NCBI GenBank assembly: GCA_039588055.1 | Contig: JBDHAN010000003.1 | Coordinates: forward strand, 8,249-72,248 | Length of the DNA stretch: 64,000 bases | Reading direction: 5' to 3' | Source: Gemmatimonadota bacterium | GTDB lineage: Bacteria; Gemmatimonadota; Gemmatimonadetes; Gemmatimonadales; GWC2-71-9 | In this document: positions 57,550 to 64,000 of the stretch, in pieces | How the letters are laid out: every line of letters starts with the position of its first letter | Numbering within the stretch: position 1 is the stretch's first letter | The notes under the pieces: model-generated | Databases searched by the model: none | Told to the model about the DNA's origin: nothing | Seen by the model: only the letters and a program-made list of their open reading frames with translations | Translations under genes and position numbers: made by a program

Positions 57550-57622
57550 GATGTCTCCGTGCTGCTGAACCTACTGCATCAATCTCCCGCTCTCTGAATC
57601 AGAATGATGCCGCGCCTGCAGC

Positions 57623-58147
57623 CTAGGAATCCTTCAGCGCCTGAGCCTGAGCGAGATCGATGTCGCGTGCAATAGGTGGTGGCCAGGAATCGGCGCGGAG
57701 CCGAAGATCGATCATCGTGCGCTCGTTCTGGATCCTTCGCAGGGTCGCACGGTCGATCAGACGCGCACGAACCGCCTCCGACAGCTCGTCCTCGTCCAGC
57801 CAACGGGGCGCCCCATCCACGGGTTGCCACAGGTCGAGAAACAGGTCGTTGCCGACCCAGTGATCGCCATCGATGATCGGAGGGAGGCAGAGGTTGGTGT
57901 ACCATCCGGTGACCGTCCGATCTTTGAGGTGAAACCGTCCGACGTCGTACCAACGCTCTGGAAAGACGTACCAGATGATCGGTGCATCCGACTCCTGGAT
58001 CGTGACGTTGCCCACTGCCACCGATGGCCCGAGGTAGGGGTCCAGCAGAAGGACCTTTGCGTCTGGACGGTCCAGAACCAGCCATTCGTCATAGATGGTG
58101 GGTGGCTTGCCGGGGCGCCGGTACTCGTAGGTGATCGGTCGCGACAT
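57623..58147 (-). CDS. DUF402 (FomD/Ntdp-like) protein
   Basis: GWYTN, DLFLDL, LDEDEL..A...LI. Confidence 0.85.
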   Translation of the reverse strand: MSRPITYEYRRPGKPPTIYDEWLVLDRPDAKVLLLDPYLGPSVAVGNVTIQESDAPIIWYVFPERWYDVGRFHLKDRTVTGWYTNLCLPPIIDGDHWVGNDLFLDLWQPVDGAPRWLDEDELSEAVRARLIDRATLRRIQNERTMIDLRLRADSWPPPIARDIDLAQAQALKDS

Positions 58148-58227
58148 CGATTCAGACGGCCCGGCTCGCTGAGCGGCTGGTGAAGTTAAGCAACACGGAC
58201 GGGCACGCTGTCACTATATTGAGGCCC

Positions 58228-59184
58228 ATGCGCAATCTACTTCCATTCCAAAGACATGGCGGCGGGCTCATCGCCTTGGGGTTCATGATCGTTGCCGTGC
58301 CGCTCCTGCAGGCGTGCGGACCCAATCCCGAAACCATGGAAGAGCTGCAGGCCGCGGTGGAATCCCGTATCGCCGAAAGCGATGCCGAGACGGTCGGCTT
58401 CTACTTCCGGAGCCTCCGCACGACGGATGACACGCTGTTTCTGGACGCGGACGCGCGGATGCACGCGGCCAGCATGATGAAAGTCCCAGTCATGATCCAG
58501 TTGTATCGTGATCACGAGGCGGGTAGGCTCGACTTGGACGACAGTCTCGCGATCGCCACGACCTTCACGTCAATCGTCGATGGGTCGGAATACGAGTTGA
58601 GTGCCGCCGACGACAGTGACAGCACGCTCTACGCACGCGTTGGTGAGTCGGAGTCGATCCGATCGCTCATGGAGCGCATGATTACGGTCTCGAGCAATCT
58701 TGCCACGAACATGCTGATCGCACTCGTTGATGCGAATCGCGTCCAGGCATACATGGAGGAGCTTGGTGCAGACTCGATCGCTGTATTGCGAGGCGTCGAA
58801 GACACCAAGGCCTATGAAGCCGGTCTCAACAACACGACGACTGCGCGAGCCCTGGGAGCCGTATTTGAGGCAATCGTGGGTGGCCGGGCGGCGTCGGAGG
58901 AGGCGTGTCGCGAGATGGTCGATGTACTCTCTCGACAGCAGTTCAATGACGGAATCCCCGCCGGGCTACCGCGGAGGGTCAGGGTGGCACACAAGACCGG
59001 CTCGATCACGGAGATCGAACACGACGGAGGGATCGTCTATGAAAGGGATGATCCCGTCCACATCCTCGTGATTCTGGTAGAGGGGATTGCCGACGAGGAC
59101 GATGCCAACCAATTGATTGCCGATTTGTCACGGATGGTCTGGAGGTTTGCGTCGCGCGAGCCCGCTGTCCCGACGCAGGAGTGA
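58228..59184 (+). CDS. Class A beta-lactamase-like serine hydrolase, lipoprotein
   Basis: Lipobox LQAC, SMMK, SSN, HKTG. Start 58228 or 58285. Confidence 0.88.
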   Translation: MRNLLPFQRHGGGLIALGFMIVAVPLLQACGPNPETMEELQAAVESRIAESDAETVGFYFRSLRTTDDTLFLDADARMHAASMMKVPVMIQLYRDHEAGRLDLDDSLAIATTFTSIVDGSEYELSAADDSDSTLYARVGESESIRSLMERMITVSSNLATNMLIALVDANRVQAYMEELGADSIAVLRGVEDTKAYEAGLNNTTTARALGAVFEAIVGGRAASEEACREMVDVLSRQQFNDGIPAGLPRRVRVAHKTGSITEIEHDGGIVYERDDPVHILVILVEGIADEDDANQLIADLSRMVWRFASREPAVPTQE

Positions 59185-59228
59185 CAGCACCGGTCACTCC
59201 TGTCGTACTCCTCGAAGCTCCGCCTAGA

Positions 59229-60449
59229 ATGGTTCGATCGTATCACTTCGTTGTTCTGATCCTACTCGCAGCAGCTTGCCAAAGTGCTGGCGAAGTTACA
59301 GAAGATCCTCCGGATACACCTGGAGACCTGTTCGGAACACAACCCCGGCCCGCCTATACAGCCATAAGCAGTCGATGGATCGAACAGGAGAGCATATCCG
59401 GTAGCGAAGTGTTCAGCACCAATAGTGACCACATCTTAAAAGACGGAGAACCCTTCTTCGTTAGAGGGATCGTCTACGTTCCCGGATATCCTGGTCACCT
59501 ACCCTGGGATACAGAAATTGCAGCTTCTCTTCCTGAGAAACTGAGAAATAGTATCGACAGGGATTTGGCCCAGATCTCATCATTGGGGGCCAATACCGTA
59601 AGACTCTGGGGTGCTCCGAGATATTGTTATGAGGCAATAAAGCAGATCGGCAATCTGTTCTTCATACAGACCTTGTGGATAGACAGTGAAGTCGGCGATC
59701 TACATGATCCACAGTTCAAGGAAGACACAAAGGCCTACATAAGGAGTGTTATTGACAGGATCTACATCGTATACGCTGACATCCAGCCGCCGCTGATAGC
59801 CTATCTCGTAGGTAACGAACTGAGCGAGTCCACTATTCGCGCCACAAATACCAGTCACACCGAACTAAGTAGCTATTCGGGCAGCCACATCACCACAGGG
59901 AACAACCTCAACCCTTCGGAAGTCTTCCTCGCTGAAATGGCCGATTACGTAAAGGAATATGAGCACAGCACCTATGGCGTTACGCATTTAGTGTCCTATT
60001 CCAACGATATTCGAACCGCGGATCTCATCGATACTCCGTTTCTCGATTTCAGAAGCCACAATACCTACTCGTATGCCGTACCCTACTACAGGCCCGGCAC
60101 CTCCCCCGGAAGTGTCTCAGGAACAGTCTTGCAGGGTTGGATCGAGGAATTGAAATCGAGGCACCCTGATCTTCCGTTGCTTATAACAGAGACAGGATTG
60201 AGTGTATCACCCAATGCGCCGCATATTGGTCCGCCCAACTATGGCTATGGAGGTAACACGGAATCCGAACAAAGTGCGGGCCTGCTCCAGAACATCGCTG
60301 ACGCGGAAACCTCTCAATTTCCTAATGCAGGCGTAGTCATTCATGAGCTCCTTGATGCCTGGTGGAAATTCGGACTTGAAGATTCACATTCTCAAGATCC
60401 GAACGATATAGAGGAGTGGTTTGGTATTGTCAGGCTAGGAGGTGGTTGA
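59229..60449 (+). CDS. Lipoprotein glycoside hydrolase, clan GH-A TIM barrel
   Basis: Lipobox AAAC, GANTVRLW, GNE (acid/base), ITETG (nucleophile), EEWFGI. Confidence 0.8.
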   Translation: MVRSYHFVVLILLAAACQSAGEVTEDPPDTPGDLFGTQPRPAYTAISSRWIEQESISGSEVFSTNSDHILKDGEPFFVRGIVYVPGYPGHLPWDTEIAASLPEKLRNSIDRDLAQISSLGANTVRLWGAPRYCYEAIKQIGNLFFIQTLWIDSEVGDLHDPQFKEDTKAYIRSVIDRIYIVYADIQPPLIAYLVGNELSESTIRATNTSHTELSSYSGSHITTGNNLNPSEVFLAEMADYVKEYEHSTYGVTHLVSYSNDIRTADLIDTPFLDFRSHNTYSYAVPYYRPGTSPGSVSGTVLQGWIEELKSRHPDLPLLITETGLSVSPNAPHIGPPNYGYGGNTESEQSAGLLQNIADAETSQFPNAGVVIHELLDAWWKFGLEDSHSQDPNDIEEWFGIVRLGGG

Positions 60450-60482
60450 CTGTTTCTGAGTATCTGGGCGGCGGTTTGTCGA

Positions 60483-62330
60483 TCATCTCCCTTCTCCTTC
60501 GAATCTCCCGCCCAAGTGTTTAGCGAGAAACTTCTCGGCAGCAGCGTAGAACCGAAGGCGGTTCTCCGGCTTGGCAAAACCGTGTCCCTCGTCGGGGAAC
60601 AGCATGTACTCGTGATCGATTCCCTTCTCCTCCATAATCGCGACAATCTGCTCTGATTCCGACTGCTTGACGCGAGGGTCGTTGGCACCCTGTGCAATCA
60701 GCATCGGAATCTTGATTCGATCGACGTGCGTGAGCGGTGAGCGAGCAATGAGGGCGTCGGCCTCCGTTTCGGGGTTGCCGACCCGGTCGTGCAACATGGC
60801 CAGATAGGACGACCAGTATGGTGGGATGGTCTCGATGAACGTGATGAGGTTGCTCGGGCCCACAATGTCCACGGCGCAGCAGAACACATCCGGCGTGAAG
60901 GTTGCGCCCGCCAGTGCGGCGTATCCGCCGTACGACCCGCCATAGATCGCGATCCGCTTTGGGTCGGCCACACCCTGATCGACGACCCACTCGACGGCGT
61001 CGATTAGGTCGTCGTGCATGGCGCCACCCCATTCCCTGTTCCCGGCGTTCAGGAATCGCTTCCCGTAGCCTGTTGATCCCCGGAAGTTGACCTGCAGGCA
61101 GGCGTAGCCCCGATTCGCGAACCACTGCGATTCCGGGTCGTACCCCCAGACATCGCGATGCCACGGACCGCCATGGACATTCAGCACGAGAGGGAGCGTC
61201 TGTCCGTCCACATGAACTGGTGCCGTGAGGTAGCCGTGAACCGTGAGGCCGTCGCGTGCCGCGAACTGAATTGGCCGCATCTCGGCCAGCGTGTAACGCG
61301 TGAGTGCGGGCCGGGTGTGAAACAACAGTCGACCGGTTCGTGTGTTCCTGTCGTAGGCCCAGTAGGACACGGGCGCGTTGTCATCGATGAACTCGATGAT
61401 CCACGTACCGTCGTCGTGAGAGCGACTGTGAAGATCGAAGTCACCCGAATCGAGCTCCCGGATGGCAGTGAGGTCGGGTGCAAGAGCGTGGTCGAGGAGC
61501 TCCCACTCCCGCCGCGCTCTCGTAAATGCCACCAACTGGAGTTCTCGGGTGTCCGGATGCACAACCGCACCGCTCACGTCGTAGTCTGTGTCTTGCGCGA
61601 TCACGGCTACGGCTCCGGTTCTTGCATCGATCTGTGTGAGACGAGCCGTGTTGGAGTTTCTCGAGTCGACCATGAACAACGATTGTCCGCTCAGGGTGAA
61701 CCCGAGGGGCCAACTGCTCAACGCATCCTCCGGGCTCCAGCTGACGAGTGTGCGCCACTCGGCTTCCGCCGTGTCCCGCACCTGCAGCTCAGCGCCACCG
61801 TCCGGCTGTGAGGTGAGGGCCGCCCGAACCGCGAAGTCAGTGTCGGCCACCCATCCGAGCACATTGCCTGGGTTCTTCGCCACCATCGTCAGGGCGTTCG
61901 TGGCGAGGTCGAGATGGTATACGTCGTGAAAGCGTTCGTCGTCTTTGTTCATGCCGAGCAGCAGCTCGGTCGGGTGCCGCTTGTCGCTGCCGACGATCTG
62001 TACCTGCACTTTGTCGAACGGTGTGAGATCCTCCACGACGTCGTCGGAGAGGCGCACCTTGTAGAGTCTCCAATTCTCATCACCCCCGACGTCTTGCAGG
62101 TAGAGGAGATGGGCCCCGTCATGGGCCCAGAAGTACACGCGGACGCCACGGTCGGTGTCGCGGGTGACCGGCCGGAATTCGTCACCATGGATCGGTCCGA
62201 CCCAGAGGTTGAGGACTCCATCCAACGGTGCCAGATAGGCCAGCGAGCCGCCGTCGGGTGACACTTGTGGGTCGGCCTTCTCAGGGTTGCCGAAAATGAC
62301 GGTTCGGGGAATCAGCGGTGGCAGCATCAT
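60483..62330 (-). CDS. S9 family prolyl oligopeptidase/acylaminoacyl peptidase
   Basis: HGGP, GGSYGG, GANDPRV, DEGHG. Confidence 0.95.
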   Translation of the reverse strand: MMLPPLIPRTVIFGNPEKADPQVSPDGGSLAYLAPLDGVLNLWVGPIHGDEFRPVTRDTDRGVRVYFWAHDGAHLLYLQDVGGDENWRLYKVRLSDDVVEDLTPFDKVQVQIVGSDKRHPTELLLGMNKDDERFHDVYHLDLATNALTMVAKNPGNVLGWVADTDFAVRAALTSQPDGGAELQVRDTAEAEWRTLVSWSPEDALSSWPLGFTLSGQSLFMVDSRNSNTARLTQIDARTGAVAVIAQDTDYDVSGAVVHPDTRELQLVAFTRARREWELLDHALAPDLTAIRELDSGDFDLHSRSHDDGTWIIEFIDDNAPVSYWAYDRNTRTGRLLFHTRPALTRYTLAEMRPIQFAARDGLTVHGYLTAPVHVDGQTLPLVLNVHGGPWHRDVWGYDPESQWFANRGYACLQVNFRGSTGYGKRFLNAGNREWGGAMHDDLIDAVEWVVDQGVADPKRIAIYGGSYGGYAALAGATFTPDVFCCAVDIVGPSNLITFIETIPPYWSSYLAMLHDRVGNPETEADALIARSPLTHVDRIKIPMLIAQGANDPRVKQSESEQIVAIMEEKGIDHEYMLFPDEGHGFAKPENRLRFYAAAEKFLAKHLGGRFEGEGR

Positions 62331-63595
62331 GCCGCCTTCGAAAGCATGTGGGGGTAGAGGTTCGTTTCGCCCTCACTCTTGGCAACAATGACGGCGCCCA
62401 CACTATCACTGAAGATGTTGATCATCGTGCGGAACATGTCGATGGGTCGGTCCACGGCCAGCATCGTACCGATGATGAGGCTGACCTGCGCGTCGGAAAA
62501 TCCGATGGCCTGGGTCACGATGAAGATCACGACGACACCGGCGGCTGGAATACCGGCGGCGCCAACTGCCGAGAGGAGGGCCGTCAGGACGATCAGGAAC
62601 TGCTGGGATAAGTCGAGCTGCAACCCGAGCACCTGACTGATGAAGATGACTCCGGCGCACTCGTAAAGCGCTGTACCATTCATGTTCACGGTCGCGCCCA
62701 TGGGCAGAACAAAACTGGAAATCGTGTTGGAGACGCCGGCCTTGTTCTCGACGTCGCTCATGGTGACGGGAAGAGTGGCGTTCGATGAGCAGGTCGAGAA
62801 CGCCGTCACCATCGCCGAGCTCATGGCCCGAAAGTGGTAGATGGGGTTGATGCCGGTCCCGAAGTAGAATAACAACGGCAGTACGATCAGCAGATGGATC
62901 AGGAATCCGCTAATGATCGTGATCATGTAGAGGCTCAATGTGATGAACAGATCGATACCGGCGGACGAGACCGTGGCAACGATCAGGCCGAAGACGCCGA
63001 ACGGCGCGAAGCTGATGACGACCTGCGTGATCTTCATCATCGCCGCAAAGAACGCGTTGAAGAAGCTTCGCATAGCCTCGCGGTTCCTTGCGTCGATCCT
63101 GGTGATGGCAAACCCGAGGAAGATGGAGAAGAAGATGATCCCCAGCATGTGTCCTGACGACATCGCCTCGATCGGATTCAACGGGATCATGTCGATGAGG
63201 ATCTGTCCTGGAGACCGAGGGGTCGTGATGGCCGATGGGTCGAAATCCTCCCCGACGGGGATGTTGGCACCCACACCAGGCTTGAGCGTGTTCGTGACCG
63301 CGATGCCGATCAGAATCGCAATGAAGCTCGACACGAAGTAGTAGGAGAAGGTCTTGAGGCCCAATCTACCGATGCTCTTGCCGTCCCCGACGCTCGACAC
63401 GCCACTCACGATGGAACTGAAGATGAGCGGCACGATTACCATCCGAAGGAGATGGATGAAGATGGTGCCGAGTGAGCTGATCAGTCCGAACAACCAGCCT
63501 GACGGCTCGGCGTCGTATACGACCTGAAAGACGATTCCGACGAGAACCCCCAGAACCATCGCGATCAGGATTTGCCAGTGGAGCTGAAGCTTCAT
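62327..63595 (-). CDS. Dicarboxylate/amino acid:cation symporter (DAACS)
   Basis: STCSSNATLP, GATVNMNGT, AAGIP, DMFRTMIN; GGAGG RBS. Confidence 0.95.
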   Translation of the reverse strand: MKLQLHWQILIAMVLGVLVGIVFQVVYDAEPSGWLFGLISSLGTIFIHLLRMVIVPLIFSSIVSGVSSVGDGKSIGRLGLKTFSYYFVSSFIAILIGIAVTNTLKPGVGANIPVGEDFDPSAITTPRSPGQILIDMIPLNPIEAMSSGHMLGIIFFSIFLGFAITRIDARNREAMRSFFNAFFAAMMKITQVVISFAPFGVFGLIVATVSSAGIDLFITLSLYMITIISGFLIHLLIVLPLLFYFGTGINPIYHFRAMSSAMVTAFSTCSSNATLPVTMSDVENKAGVSNTISSFVLPMGATVNMNGTALYECAGVIFISQVLGLQLDLSQQFLIVLTALLSAVGAAGIPAAGVVVIFIVTQAIGFSDAQVSLIIGTMLAVDRPIDMFRTMINIFSDSVGAVIVAKSEGETNLYPHMLSKAA

Positions 63596-63675
63596 GTCAC
63601 CTCCGTGAGCGACTCACGGCAATCAGAGCGTCGTGTGGGCCTGAGTGTCCTCGAGGCCGCATCGGCCAGCGCAAT

Positions 63676-64000
63676 CTACCCCTTCGCGCGTCGTCGAAAA
63701 TACACCGAATAGGCAATCAGGTTGATGGCAACCACGACAACGCCGAGGGCGATCTGGATCCTCGGCGTAAGCGCAGCGGGGTAAATGAGAGGAATGATGT
63801 AGTGCTCGATGAAGCCACCTTCGTAACCGGCTTGGCCTGCCTGCCGGCGGAGTGTCACTTCCCACGGGGTTAGTGGGCAGATCCATCCCGTGAATTCGAC
63901 TGCGGCGCCCCACACGGCACACGGAATATGGGCCCACGCGACACGTGGCCATCTCCAGGTCAAGAACCCGCCCGCGATGACGAACACGACGAAGGTCAGG
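63676..64000 (-). CDS. DUF2784 family membrane protein (5' end outside the window)
   Basis: H.P...WG, WICPLT.WE..LR, GFIEHY. Confidence 0.88.
   Translation of the reverse strand, partial: LTFVVFVIAGGFLTWRWPRVAWAHIPCAVWGAAVEFTGWICPLTPWEVTLRRQAGQAGYEGGFIEHYIIPLIYPAALTPRIQIALGVVVVAINLIAYSVYFRRRAKG

Noticed and set aside
58228-59184. Bona fide antibiotic-resistance beta-lactamase
   Set aside because: SSN rather than SDN and no clear omega-loop ExxLN motif. It fits the broad class A-like serine hydrolases.

Overview
High-GC bacterial chromosomal segment. The gene set resembles Gemmatimonadota (inference from gene content only). About 50 tightly packed CDSs, mostly housekeeping: queG, glpD, fadI/fadJ, proline dehydrogenase, rsgA, a fused E1 2-oxoacid dehydrogenase, lon, pfk, ispH, Na/Pi cotransporter plus PhoU, and several peptidases. 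I found no rRNA, tRNA, CRISPR array, transposase or integrase. Most notable: (1) a ~900-bp non-coding interval (23520-24430) holding a structured, GGA-rich RNA-like core bracketed by two related five-unit 11-bp-period arrays; (2) a non-canonical mutagenesis cassette (Zn-ribbon microprotein, radical SAM, split ImuB, DnaE2, no imuA) under a TTCGG/CCGAA operator; (3) a CxxU selenoprotein missed by the ORF track; (4) an adenine MTase plus SNF2 helicase pair with no visible nuclease; (5) several permuted, truncated or possibly inactive enzymes. All family calls come from motif recognition by eye; no database search was run.
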